Below, one piece after another: positions 24,579-38,710 of a stretch of DNA of 64,000 nt. Under the pieces are notes generated by a model. The model was given only the letters and a program-made list of their open reading frames with translations. It ran no database searches and had not been told where the DNA came from. Where the stretch lies: the NCBI GenBank assembly GCA_964016885.1, contig OZ024741.1, positions 355,880,001 through 355,944,000 on the forward strand. Direction: 5' to 3'. How positions within the stretch are numbered: the first letter of the stretch is position 1; every line of letters begins with the position of its first letter. The DNA is from Eledone cirrhosa (taxonomy: Eukaryota). The position numbers and the translations under genes were made by a program.

Positions 24579-27136
24579 TACATCAAACATTACATTATAA
24601 TGAAACTTATGCTTATTCTTTTTGCGGTGGGTTTTACCTATTTGTTTTTTTGTTTATTTATGTTCGTCTACAGCGTGATAGTGCCACACTAAAATCACCG
24701 GGGGTGACGAAATCACCGGTGGTTATGTAACCATACATTCACCAATCCTCGATAAGAGTGTTTAAATGTCGAACCTAAACAGTTCGAATAACGGTGAAGT
24801 GACAGATGTCACGTGACAGACTCTCACCCAGCAGGTGCTCTCTGGCTCAGCACAAGGGACCTGGCTGTCAACCAAATACTGCTGATGTCGGAGGAAGAAG
24901 AAGAAGGAAAGGGACCAGAACCAACTGGACGAAAGAATTGAATAGAACTGTTATGCAATGTTACCTGAAGAGTAACCCAAAGGAGAAAGGCTATAGGAAA
25001 CGGATGCATAACATCGGGAACGAGATTGGTCTATTTAAATTAGATGAACAAAAATTGGCCGGGCAGGCTCGGGTAATAAGAACTAATGGGTGGAAAAGCG
25101 AGCTGGAACTGGAGGAACTGAGCAGAGAGATTAGGTTGGAAATGGAGAGTGGATTATGCCAGGCAAACGAGCCAGTGGGAAATGTCGGTGAAGAGGTTGA
25201 GAGAACGGAGGAACCATCCGAAGCAGACAATGATCTGAATGCTGAAATAAATAATACCTGGAACAAAGATACGGTCATTGAGGAGATGAATGCTGACGGG
25301 CTAGGACAAGATTTGGTTGATATCCTAAACTTAGTGGTAGATGAATTGAACAATGATAGTGGGAGACCTATGAACCTAAGATTTGTAGACAGGAAAAAGT
25401 TAAAAGAAACAACAGCTAAGGTAAACAAAGTCATCCCATACCTTGAAGCGAGGAGCCTTCACCAGTGCAACAATATCCTCAAAGCAACAGCAAATGCGGT
25501 GTGGAAATTACTTGGCATAAAAGCGAGAGGAAACAACAAACAAGAAAGATCAGAACCTTGGTGGAAGAAACGACTGAATGGTCAAGTTAGGGAAATGAGA
25601 AATGACATTGGAAAGCTTGAGTCCCTACTGAATGGGACACTAAAAAACATAGACACTAAAAATAGACTGGAAAAAAGGCAAAACTAGGAGGAAAAAGCTA
25701 AATATTATCATAGAGGAACTGAAGCAACGCATTGTAGCAAAGAGTGCAAATATTAGGCGATACGAGAGCAGAGTCAGTCAGTATAGACAGAACCGCATGT
25801 TTGACAACAACCAGAAGATGCTGTTTGGACAGCTTGTAGGGAAAGAAAGAGGCAACGGCTTGATCCCCGAGGCAGAACAAATTAAGACATTCTGGAGAGG
25901 AATATGGGAGCAGGATGTTAAACATAATGACCAGGCAGTGTGGATTGAGACAGTACAAAAGGAGCTTAGTGAACAGGCACACCAACAAACTGATTTGAGT
26001 ATCACAGTTGAAACTCTTAAGGGGCAGGCCAAAAAACTAACCAACTGGAAATCACCAGGCCCAGATGGTGTGCAGTGGTATTGGATTCAAATTATAACAT
26101 CCTTTCACCCGAAACTGACAACCATGTTCAATAACTGCTTCATGTCAGGTGAGGTACCAGAATGGTTGACAAAAGGTACCAAAGTTCTGGTAATGAAAGA
26201 CCGAATCAAGGGTAATGATGTTACCAACTATAGACCTATCACATGTCTGTCCGTAATGTGGAAACTGTTGACAAGCATTGTGTCTGAGGCAATCTACCAT
26301 CACCTCCACACAAACAACTTGTTACCGGACGAACAAAAAGGATGCCGAAAGAAGTCCCGTGGTACAAAGGACCAGTTACTTATTGATAAGATGGTAATGA
26401 GGAATTGCAAGAGGAGACACACTGGTCTTGCCATGAGATGGATAGCCTCATTCTTGGATCACCAAAAGCTAGAGATCTTCAAGGTGGCAGATAACATCAG
26501 ACAGTTATTGGGCAAAAGTATGAAGTCCTGGAAAACAGAGTTAACATCAGCTGGAGAATCCTTGGGAGGCGTGAAGATCAAGAGAGGTATCTTCCAGGGA
26601 GATAGTCTGTCCCCTCTGTTGTTTGTCCTTTCTCTGATGTCCCTGACCAGTATACTGCGAAAGGTGAGAGCAGGATACAAGTTGGGAAAGGGAGAGCTTA
26701 CCATCAATCACCTCCTCTTCATGGACGATCTTAAGCTCTTCGGGAAGAGTGAGAAAGAGTTGGATGTGCTTGTTGACACTGTCCGTATTTTCAGCAATGA
26801 TATATGTATGCAATTTGGTATTAGTAAGTGTGGAGTCCTTGTGATGAAGAGGGGTAAATTGAGCAGAAGCAACGGAATCCAGATACCAACAGGTGAGATG
26901 ATAAAGGAAATTGACACTGAAGAAGGATACAAATATTTGGGCGTTCTGGAGGTTGATGACATTAAGAACAAAAAAATGAAGGAATTGATAAAATCTGAAT
27001 ACATTCGGAGAGTAAGGAGCGTATTAAAGTCACATCTGAACAGTAGGAATGCCATAAGTGCAGTAAATTCCCGAGCTGTGTCTATTATTAGGTACAGTGC
27101 GGGAATTCTGAGATGGAATCTTGCTGAACAAAAAGA

Positions 27137-27138
<2 letters not shown>
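24579..27138 (+). mobile_element. Dong-like family B (B2), partial 5' UTR and 3'-truncated
   Basis: ORFs 24806-25687 and 25797 onward match 62245-63171 and the RT; sequence stops at ..AEQKE then (TAA)n(TA)n(CA)n. Confidence 0.9.
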
Positions 27139-27206
<68 letters not shown>

Positions 27207-27227
27207 GCACACACACACACACACACA

Positions 27228-28855
27228 TTAAACTTTTACTTTGATAACTTTGATATGTTTCGGCCAGCATTGGCCCAGACTTAATAGCACCACCTGGCGA
27301 AGTCTTTCAAATCAGGATTTGGACACGATGGCCCACTCGAGCAGAGAGTTATTGTTTACGGAGATATATCCAGGTGTAGGAGGTTTATCCGGGATTTCTT
27401 GAAGGAATTTGTCCAAAGACTTCTTGAACTTTATGGGGTCTGCTTCTGTTTTAATGTGTTTTGTTGTAATATTAAAGAGAGCGGGGACAATTGAGGTGAA
27501 ATAATTGTGCTGTATTGTTGGTATGAGATGCGAGTGGGATTTTTGTTGTGGGCGGATGACACGGGACCAAAGCACTGGGTGTACCTTAAAGTTGATGCCA
27601 ACATCATTTGGACAATGCTGATGGAATATCTTCCACATCCTGCAGATGATGTAGCGCTCACGGTGGCGTTTAAGTTTTTCTAGTCGACCCCAATTGTCAA
27701 AGCCTGACATGCCATCTATCCGTTTCGTGATTGACCTTTGGGGAGTTTCAATTTTCATGATACTTTGTTTCGTGTGAGGAGACCACAGTGGACAGCAGTA
27801 TTCAAGCTGGGGTCGGGCAAAAGTGGAGAAGAGAAGGATAATAGTGTGGATATCTCTCGACTGGAAGGTTCTGAGAATCCAGGAACAGATTCTGTGGGCC
27901 ATGTCAACTTTGCTGTTTGTATGAGTGGCCCAGCTTATGTTGTTGTCCACAATTACTCCCAAGTCTCTGATGTTGTTGGATACATCGAGAGTTTCACCTG
28001 AAGGAAGGGAGTATGTGAGTTTCAGAGTATCCTCTTTTCGAAAGTGGATTAACTCAAATTTATCCTCGTTCAGCAACATACTTTTCTTTTCCGCCCATTG
28101 GATAACACCCAGTAGGTCAGACTGAAGGCAAGTGCGGTCACCCACCTCATTGATGACATTCTGGAGCTTGGAATCATCTGCAAAGATACTTATGTTGCTG
28201 TGCTTGATAATGTCAGTAATGTCATTAATGTAGATGATGAAAAGAACTGGGCCCAACACAGTGCTTTGCGGAACGCCATTACTGACTTTGGCTGGGCTTG
28301 ATTTTATTCATTCGACTACAACATGTTGGGCTCTGTCTGTCAGGAAACACTTGATCCATTGCAGTTACTTTTCAGAGACACCAATGCTGGATAGTTTTTT
28401 AATAGAATCTTGTGATCAAACCTATCAAAGGCCTTGCTGAAATCAAGGTAGATGACATCAGTGTTGGAGCCCTCTCTCAAAGCTCTCAAAATGTCATCAA
28501 AGTGATGCAGGAGTTGCGTTAGGCAGTCCCTTTCATTATAGAACCCATATTGGCTGGAGTTCAGCAGTCTGTTGCTTTCAAGAAAGTGGGTTATTCGTGA
28601 TCTCACAACCCTCTCAAATACCTTGATGATATGAGAGGTGAGTGAGATCGGACGGTAGTTCAGTGCAAGAGACTTGTTTCCCTTTTTGAAAACTGGGACA
28701 ACAGACTGGGACAGAAAGTTTTCAGGAATATAGCCAACATCCAGTGAGTTCTTCCACAGATTAGCACGAGGAGATCCAAGTTGGTGTCGACACACCTTCA
28801 GGACACAAGCTGGGAACGTATCGGGGCCTACTGCTGAATTGTGAATTCTCATTTT
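27228..28855 (-). mobile_element. CR1/L2-group LINE, 5'-truncated RT relic
   Basis: NYRPISLTS, YLDFSKAFD, LGPVLFIIYIND, FADDSKL, RDLGV, LEYCCPLWSP; 3' tail of (ATCAAAGT)-like repeats. Confidence 0.85.
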
Positions 28856-28856
28856 A

Positions 28857-28946
28857 TTAATTCTGATGAGTCCAATCTTTTTTCATATAATTAAGTAATA
28901 ATTAATTATGTATCTGCTTAAGATTTGGAAGACACGTGTGTTAATT
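28857..28946 (+). ncRNA. Degenerate type I hammerhead motif (PLE terminal relic)
   Basis: AATT-CTGATGA-GTCCAA..TTGGAA-GACAC-GTGT-GTT-AATT. GAAA is mutated, and helix III ACGTGTGT looks like CpG-decayed ACGCGCGT. Confidence 0.45.
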
Positions 28947-29393
28947 CATTAAAATGTAATATGACCGTTTTGGTCTTGTTTATCATTGTAATATTTGCTC
29001 TATGAGTTTACTTAAACACCTTCAAACAACGATTTAATACAACTCAAACAGAATTCTATTTAGCCTTCTGAGTAGTATCATGTAATAAACCTCATATTTG
29101 AGCTGTAATAATTTCTTCACCCCTACCTGTCTGTTTTCTTCTTCGAAAACAATCTTTTATGAACTACATATATACATATATATATATAACGAAGGAAGTG
29201 TGGTAAGTAACCAGATGGACCATAACGCACCAGAGTACTCAATACTTAGGGTAGTATATATATTCGTGGGACTGCCTTATACAAACATAACAGATTTTTT
29301 GCAGGCTGTCCCCGAATCAAATTTTCAATTTTCTTTTTCCTATCTTCCATTATATGTTTGGGTTCAACGTAATCCTGTTAAGTAATTCTGTGG

Positions 29394-29472
29394 ATAACTC
29401 CCGATGAGATCGTCCTGTCTTGCATCATAACTGGATGATGGAGCTGGGCCATCGAAATATGTATAGTGATTT
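29394..29472 (+). ncRNA. Degenerate type I hammerhead motif
   Basis: CCGATGA(29401)-GATCGTCC..GGGCCATC-GAAA-TATGTA-TA; weak helix I; AATAAA downstream. Confidence 0.55.
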
Positions 29473-29525
29473 CATGGAATTATAAAGCAAATTTCCCAGT
29501 CTCTTATTAATTAATAATAAATAGA

Positions 29526-29580
<55 letters not shown>

Positions 29581-29621
29581 GATATATTCACAAATGGAAA
29601 CTATATTTATAAAACCATATT

Positions 29622-29686
29622 TATTTCATCATACATATTTCAAGGACACCAAGTTAAATAATGGTGTGCTTTCATTAGATAAAATA
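29622..29686 (-). ncRNA. Hammerhead motif in the inverted pLTR of PLE-A (core mutated)
   Basis: Reverse complement of 39680-39744, with CTAATGA and TG at the cleavage site. Confidence 0.6.
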
Positions 29687-29857
29687 TAATATAGATCAGT
29701 TTTATAAATAAATATTGACATTCCCTTAAAGAATGCGATCATTTCTGTTGGAAGCTCCCGGATAGTGGGGTTATAAATTTAATTATACTATTATGCAAAT
29801 TAGTGTCGGATATTTTAAAATCACAGTAGATTTATATAAGGGTATGGAGAGAGGGAA

Positions 29858-29955
29858 AGAGAAAAAAGAGAAAAAAGAGAAAAAAGAGAAAAAAGAGAAA
29901 AAAGAGAAAAAAGAGAAAAAAGAGAAAAAAGAGAAAAAAGAGAAAAAAGAAAAAA
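29858..29955. repeat. (GAGAAAAAA)n 9-bp tandem repeat at the PLE-A inversion junction
   Basis: Read directly, about 10 units. Confidence 0.9.
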
Positions 29956-31159
29956 GCATAATTTTAACAACTATAATAGAAAACCTTACAATAATTCGGA
30001 AAACAAAAAAAGAAATAGAACTAGGAATATATTATGGTTCGCTCCTCCTTTCTCATTAAATATTAAAACTCCTATTGCTAAACTATTTTTTAAAGCTCTT
30101 GACAAATGCTTCCCTAGAACACATAGATATTACTCAATTTTTAATAGACGTACTATAAAATTAACTTATTCATCCACCAAAAATTTAGCGCAGAATATTA
30201 ATAGAATTAATAATAGAAATTTAAAACCTAACCAAAATACCACTAATAACCCCAGCAATTTCCAATTTGATAAATGTAACTGTAGATATAAATCTAATTG
30301 TCCGTTAAATAACAATTGCTTAGCTAAAAATATAGTATATGATTAGTAATAACTAATTTAAATTCATTTAATTATGTAGGATCTACTTCCACAGATTTTA
30401 AATCTCGTTTTAATAACCATAAAAGCTCTTTTACGCATTTAAACAAAAAAATCTTCAACTTCTCTATCTAGCTTATAATGGGACCTCAAATTAAAGAACG
30501 TTAAATATTCATTACTTTGGAATATTATTTCAAAAGCTACTCCTTTTAATTCCTCTTCAGAAAATTGTGATCTTTGTATAAAGGAAATATTCTTTATATT
30601 AAAAAGCAAAAATTCCCTAAATGTAAGAAGCAATCTATTCAGTTGCTGCAGACATAGATTGAACTCAACGTTTAAATATAAATTTAAAATATAATATATA
30701 ATTAATTCTATTAATATATTGAACCTATCGATAAATCCTTAGATTCCTTCATTTCACTGCTTAAACTCTCAAATATAAAAATTTTTTCATAGAAAATTTT
30801 TATAGATAAACATACCGAAAGGAGAAAATATTTTTTTTGAAAGGCTTCTCCTATTTTTGAAAGTTTCTCTTTCTTTTTCTTTGAAATTTCCCATATAGTT
30901 ATAAAAATAAGTTAAACATACTGAGAGTTAAATATTGTATAACAAATTTAAATTTTATACTGAATTTTTTAGACATATTCTTATTTTAAAATTATATCTT
31001 AAGATATTCTGTAATTTTTTAAAATTATATTTTTTAAAATTATATTGCTTTAAAGTTATATTGCTTATAATTGTAAGAATATATTTCCAAATCGTAATAC
31101 AATTCATTTTTATCTTACTTTTTATATATTATGTACTTCAATTATACTATGTACTGTAC

Positions 31160-31303
<144 letters not shown>

Positions 31304-31437
31304 TTAGGTTTGTTGGTTCACCACTGGATAGAACTGGTCATTCCGTATAGTCAATCCTGGTGTAATATTGTGAAGAGTACTCAACGCATTGCAGTTCACC
31401 CATGTTCGTTTGTGTAGTTGGTGGTGCGAATACGGAG

Positions 31438-31514
<77 letters not shown>

Positions 31515-31707
31515 GATAAATCTACCAAGTGTTTACGGTAGTGTCCAATCCGTATGAAGAACTCAATGTAATCCGGATATCATGGAAAGAAGAGATGCAA
31601 TGAAAAATCACTTTCGGTGAAAGATAAACGGAATACAGAGTCAAGATAAAATATTAAAAAAATAATGAATAAAACAATGAAACAGTTCCTTATATTAAAC
31701 AAAAAAG

Positions 31708-31868
31708 TTCATTATTTAACGATCGTTTCTGGGATATATATGTGTTAGAATTGGCATGTATATTTAACAGATCTATGTACAAAATTATACAAAATTATAC
31801 AAACTATCAAAATTAAATATTAAATATACATACCAACTCATATATATGCCGTCTTCAGAAATAATGAA
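31708..31868 (-). ncRNA. Type I hammerhead ribozyme with long helix II (PLE-B 3' pLTR)
   Basis: Reverse complement of 38345-38498 with a 7-nt insertion in the helix II region; core intact. Confidence 0.8.
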
Positions 31869-32463
31869 ATATATTTATTGATAATAACAACAATTCAAAA
31901 TTACAGGTCTGTTTGGGAACAGAGTTCAAATTGACCAATGGAAACACAAAAAGTTTATACAGTTAGGTGTGTGTATATATGTAAGTAACTTCGTTCACAG
32001 ATATGCATAAAAATATATGTTCACATGCATAGTAATGCCGAAAAGATGTATGTAAATACAAAAATTCAGGGCTAATGTCTCTGTATGTTTATAATCTACA
32101 GATAAAATACATATACGCATATAAACATATAAATATAAAAATAAATATATACACATTCATATACTCACACATATACATACATTCACACACACACGCGCAT
32201 ATACGCATAAACATACACACAACCACGAACATACATACACACACACACTCACACACACATATATGTGTATATACTATTATCATAAGCATATGGACATTAA
32301 TGCGCGCACATAAACACTGCCACACATATTTAGATCCAGATACAGAAAGTAGGTTGGGGGGGGGGGGAGAGGTCAGTATTTACTGGTGTCAGCAAACTGC
32401 CTATTTATAAATGTATCTATAAATTTAGAAATAAAAAGAAAAAGAAAAAGAAAAAATATTAAG

Positions 32464-32465
<2 letters not shown>

Positions 32466-32506
<41 letters not shown>

Positions 32507-32532
32507 AAGTAAAATATAAAATATACATCGAT

Positions 32533-32573
<41 letters not shown>

Positions 32574-32723
32574 CATATACATACACATATACATAAACAC
32601 ATACATACACATACATATACATACACACACCATATATATACACATACACATACACACACGCGCATACATATAGAGACACATACATATACTCATATAAATA
32701 CATAGACATATACATATATACAC

Positions 32724-32755
<32 letters not shown>

Positions 32756-32774
32756 ATATATACATACATTCACA

Positions 32775-32872
<98 letters not shown>

Positions 32873-32925
32873 ATACACACGTACATAAATACACTCATGT
32901 ATATACACATATACACATACATACC

Positions 32926-32977
<52 letters not shown>

Positions 32978-33077
32978 CATATACATATATATATATATAT
33001 ATATACACACATACACACACACATGTGTACACATACACATATACACAAAGATATATATATATACACACACGCATATA

Positions 33078-33128
<51 letters not shown>

Positions 33129-33169
33129 TATATATACATACATACATATATATACACTCATACATAGAC

Positions 33170-33202
<33 letters not shown>

Positions 33203-33361
33203 CACACATACATATACGCATATATACACATACATACACATCCATGTATGCGTATACACATACAAACACAACCACACGCTCACACAAATCAGACATACAT
33301 AAATAAAGGGATATACATACACATATATACATATATAAATAGAGATATATATACACATATA

Positions 33362-33392
<31 letters not shown>

Positions 33393-33421
33393 ATATACAT
33401 ACACATACATACATACATACA

Positions 33422-33453
<32 letters not shown>

Positions 33454-33488
33454 CATACACACACACACATATATATACATATATATAT
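32466..33488. repeat. Compound (TA)/(CA)/(TACA) microsatellite field
   Basis: Read directly; a similar field lies at 34000-34378. Confidence 0.9.
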
Positions 33489-33901
33489 GGTGGCTGCCAA
33501 CTCGTTTTCGAGTACGGCCACTACTTTATATCCATATAGGAGAACCCCTACCGATGCGCCGAACGGGTGTGACTTTTTAGTCCAGCCAGCGACTTGAAAA
33601 CTCTGGAACAAACACTACACTTGTGACAATTATTGACACATAGTGCTGGGCCCATGGTACCATGTGACGACAAGTGCAGAGAGATCTCCAGATATAAAGC
33701 AATGCCTGTGCCGTGAAGCTTTTATAGTGAGCAAAGGCACTGCACAAAGCCAGTCCCACTCTCTTAACCAAGATGATATTTACCAAAAAGAAGAACAAGT
33801 CAACATCATTGGATACCATCAGAGTCGCAGGTGTTATATCAGAGTTTTCCTTCTCCTAGAATTCTGCCTTGACAAAGGCTAAGGGGTCATCTCTCCCGGA
33901 C
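33489..33901. repeat. Unclassified GC-richer insert between (TA)n tracts, possibly retroelement-derived
   Basis: Composition shift bounded by TA runs; no diagnostic motif. Confidence 0.3.
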
Positions 33902-34037
33902 ATATATATATATATACATATATATACCATATATATAAAAATAAAGAAATAAAAAAATAAAAGAAATAAATAAATAAATTAATTAATACACCCAGTCAGA
34001 CAAATATGCAGACACATACATATATATATACATACAC

Positions 34038-34122
<85 letters not shown>

Positions 34123-34164
34123 CATATACATACATATATATATATACACATACACACATCAACT

Positions 34165-34228
<64 letters not shown>

Positions 34229-34338
34229 TCACATATACATGCACATATACGTACATATATACACATACACACATATACACATAGACGTATACATGCGCAT
34301 ACATATACATACACACATATACCCACATAAATACATAG

Positions 34339-34377
<39 letters not shown>

Positions 34378-34378
34378 T

Positions 34379-35201
34379 CAGGGATATCATATTAACAATA
34401 TGTTATGCCAATTTTTAAAAAACTAGACATAAGATCATTACTTTTCACACATTATAGATACATGTCTCATTCATGAATACTGGTACTTACATTATAATGC
34501 CTGTTTTATACGAACTAATATTTTCTACGGATAAAACATAGCGGTTTTAAATTCTGCATCGTTTATGTCTGGTTATGTTTCATTTTCTCTTTTTCATTTT
34601 CTCTTTTTTCTCTCTATATAACGGCTATTTTCTCTCTTAACTACATACATCTCTCTTTACATTAATACTAGAGCTAAATAAATAAATAAATAAATAAATA
34701 AATGTATCAACCGATACTCAACTTCCTAATTTCTCTATCTATCTCTATCTATCTCTTTCTTTTTTCCTCTTTCTATATATATTTCTCTCTGTTTCTTTAC
34801 ATGAAGTTCTTCTCTTTATCTATCTTTCTATATCCCTCTATTTAGTCACATGCATTTCTTCTTTTTCTTCGTTTCTCTTTCTTTCTCTCTTTATCTCTTT
34901 CTTTTTACAACTGTCCACAATATTTTTTACTGCCAAATCAACCTCCCAAATGCAAGGTGATTGAAAGGTATGTCGTATCTATTTATTTATAAGACTGTTT
35001 ATATTGTATTTTGTCTGAAGATGGCATAACATATTGTTAATATGATATCCCTGAAATATATATAACGAAATAAATATGGTTTTATAAATATAGTTTCCAT
35101 TTATTTAATATCATAAATATACTCCAAATACTTGTTGAGTGCTTTTATATCAGTTATAAATATTTACTCGTTGTTAACCCAACAATTTAAATATAACTTT
35201 C
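34379..35201 (+). mobile_element. PLE-C terminal fragment (pLTR) nested in PLE-B
   Basis: Tail 35065-35195 resembles 39737-39865; 34379-34410 is the reverse complement of 35022-35053; flanked by (TA)n. Confidence 0.65.
35007..35072 (+). ncRNA. Type I hammerhead ribozyme (PLE-C)
   Basis: TATTTTGT-CTGAAGA-[31-nt hairpin]-GAAA-TATATA-TA-ACGAAATA; 8-bp helix I, palindromic helix III. Confidence 0.8.
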
Positions 35202-35892
35202 TATATATACATATATATATATATATATATACATACAATCATACACCCTTATTTACATGCGCACATATGTATTTTTATACTCACATACAAACACCCAAAC
35301 ATACATACCTACCTACATATACATACATACATCCACGCTTACAAATACAAATAATAATAGGGGGGGAGGGGATTATAGTAAATATAGGTTTCAAGAAACA
35401 TAGAATATTAATCTGCATTTAGATCATAATATGTGTTTACATAGTAGTTTCAGTATTAGGAAATGTAAGAAAGAAGGCAAAATTATGCATTTTAATATAA
35501 GTAGACTATTAATTATAGGTTAACTAAATTAAAGATAGTTAATATATTGATTTCTAAGGTGTATACTACTTAGGTTTATAATATTTGAAGCGGAATTTTG
35601 AAGTTAAATAGTAGTAGAGTATTAATTATAGTATAACTAAATTAAAATTATTAACGTTATGGTATCAATATTAGGAAATGAATTTAGTAATAGGGAAAAA
35701 AACCAAATAAAGTATTACATCGGTAGTAGAATATAAATTATAGGTTAACTAAATTAAAAATTATATATTAATTTCTATAGTATATGTTTCTTAGGTTTAT
35801 AATAATTAAAACAGATATTGTATTTTATCTATAGTAGAATATAATTATAGGTAAACAAAAATTAAAATTAATATATACACACATATATATTC

Positions 35893-35955
<63 letters not shown>

Positions 35956-38344
35956 TACCCATACATATATACATACATATTTTTTCAAAAATTGCAAAGA
36001 ATATATTAACTAGGTATACATCTAAAACCTATCTCAGTCTATGATTACATGACACTCTGCAATCCATCTGTATTAGGATTTTAATTTTAAGCCAATTAAA
36101 TTAAATTTTTAGGTTAACCAAATTAAAACCAAATTATAAATATATTTCTAAATTGTACATTAATTAGGTCTATAATATTAAAAAATATTTCTCTGTCATT
36201 GAATACACGATATTTTGTTATATTTTATCTGTAAAGGAATTTTAATAAAAGGTTAAATAAATTAAAATTAATCTATAAATTAATTTACAAAGTATATATT
36301 AGTAATATTTAAAAGTTTTTCACAATTTATGATTACACAATATTTTATAATCTCATCTGTAGTAGAATTTTAATTAAATTAAATTTATAGGTTAACTAAC
36401 ATTTAAATTAAATTATATATTAATATCTAAAATAATGTTATTAATTAGGTTTATAATATTTAAATGTTTTTCTTAGTTTATGATTACACGATATAATTAA
36501 TTCCTGTCGTTTATTTAATAGGATAACCTTAGATTTCATTATTTCAAATAGTTCTTGGGAACATAATCTACATTCATTTCTATTATTTTGATAAGGGGTG
36601 GCTCTTTTGAGCACACTCCAGGTCATATCATATTCTATATTCTTATTTTTATAACTATTGATTTTTTCTGCTAGAGATGTTGTATTAGCCAGTGCGGCAT
36701 TTTTAAAACTATGTTTGTGGGTATTAAACCTTACCTTAAAATTGTTAGAAGTAGCTCCTATATATGAGCAAATAGAATCTTTAGTTTTAACATTACATTT
36801 ATAAACTATGTTGTTAACAAGACAATTTCCTTTTAATGGGCAGTTTGCTTTGTTTCTACAGTTACAACCTTTCGTTAATTCTGTATTTGAGGAGATATGG
36901 TTAGTTTGATGTATTGGTGGTATACTTATGGTATTCTTACATTTATATGCATTTTAGGCACTTATATTTTGTTTTATGTTATTGGTTGTTGAGTATGAGA
37001 ATTTAACTGTAGACCTATTTAAGATTTGATGGTATTTGTGGTTTGGCGGGAAGTCTTTCTCTAGGATATAAAAATTTTTTTTAGCAATATTATCCTTAAT
37101 TTGTAAATTAAATGGAGCATTATACCAAGTAACTCGTCTATTACGGTTTCTATGTTGTTTATTATTTTTATAGGTTGTATCGTGATGTTTACTAGGAGGA
37201 TTAATGTTAATGATCTCACCACGCACATTTTTAGTTAGATTTATAGATTTAGGTGTTTTATCTTGTTTATTAGGAGTTTTATTATTAACATTTATTAGAG
37301 TTGTATGATGAGTAGTTTTTTGAGAGTTACTATACTTTATATTAGAAGAGTTGTTGGTATTTTTGGGTATAGTGTGGGTGGCATTTAGGTGTGTACTTTT
37401 CATTTGGTGTGTGTTGGTAATATTAGGTTGTATGTTTATAGTATTTTTATTTTTAGTAGAAGGTATATATTATAATCTATTTTTGTGGCCACTTCTATCT
37501 AGAGCTTCATTATAGAAGGTCGCATTTTTATCAAATACATCTTGGTTAGAAGAAAGGTTAGAAATTCTAAGTGATATATTATATGCAAGGTTTTTAAGGA
37601 TAGATTTAGGGTGATTAGATTGTGAGTGTATGTAGTGTAAGTTTTGGTTGGGTTTATGGTAAGGTTGGTAGATACCCGTAGCTAAGTCTAAAGTTATATC
37701 TAGGAAATTTACTACTTTACTTGTTTTTTCAAAAGTAATATGAAGACTATAATAGTCTTTAAGGAAAGTTCTAATATGCTTTTTGTTTTTTTCTATTTCT
37801 GAAAGGCTAAGGTTGTTGGAAAGAAGAAGACAGTCATCACGATATAAACCACCTTTAAGGTGGGGGAAGGAGGCATTTATGTTGAAAAGGAGAAAGAGGC
37901 CCACAAGATCAGTAATTTGGGCGGAATCGCTTGAACCCATAGTAATATCAAATAGATTACTATATGTTCGTGATTACTGTATGTTCGTGGTTGTGTGTAT
38001 GTTTATGCGTATATGCACATGTGTGTGTGAATGTATGTATATGTGTGAGTATATGAATGTGTATATATTTATTTTTATATTTATATGTTTATATGCGTAT
38101 ATGTATTTTATCTGTAGATTATAAACATACAGAGACATTAGCCCTGAATTTTTGTATTTACATACATCTTTTCGGCATGCGTATGCATGTGAACATATAT
38201 TTTTATGCATATCTGTGAACGAAGTTACTTACATATATACACACACCTAACTGTATAAACTTTTTGTGTTTCCATTGGTCAATTTGAACTCTGTTCCCAA
38301 ACAGACCTGTAATTTTGAATTGTTGTTATTATCAATAAATATAT

Positions 38345-38498
38345 TTCATTATTTCTGAAGACGGCATATATATGAGTTGGTATGTATATTTAATTTTGAT
38401 AGTTTGTATAATTTTGTATAATTTTGTACATAGATCTGTTAAATATACATGCCAATTCTAACACATATATATCCCAGAAACGATCGTTAAATAATGAA
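38345..38498 (+). ncRNA. Type I hammerhead ribozyme with 115-nt helix II region (PLE-B inverted copy)
   Basis: TTCATTATTT-CTGAAGA-[38362-38476]-GAAA-CGATCG-TT-AAATAATGAA; perfect 10-bp helix I. Confidence 0.82.
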
Positions 38499-38552
38499 CT
38501 TTTTTTGTTTAATATAAGGAACTGTTTCATTGTTTTATTCATTATTTTTTAA

Positions 38553-38593
<41 letters not shown>

Positions 38594-38642
38594 CATATCT
38601 ACCTGTATGTGTATCTATGTCTATGTGTATATATGTGGGAGT

Positions 38643-38710
<68 letters not shown>

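Larger units (their letters stand above)
31512..38560 (-). mobile_element. Penelope-like element PLE-B with about 580-bp inverted terminal copies
   Basis: Minus ORF relic 37960-36441: MGSSDSAQ, GLYRDD, NFLDITLDL, YHKPN, WYNAPF, CNCRNKANCPL, YIGAT, CRLC..SCNH. 31650-32235 is the reverse complement of 37978-38560. Flanked by (TA)n. Confidence 0.85.

Noticed and set aside
29793-30059. (KKE)n ORF
   Set aside because: A 9-bp slippage repeat at a PLE inversion junction.
32075-34374. Many YI/CV/HT-rich ORFs (also 221-688 and 38535-40099)
   Set aside because: Translations of stop-free dinucleotide microsatellites.
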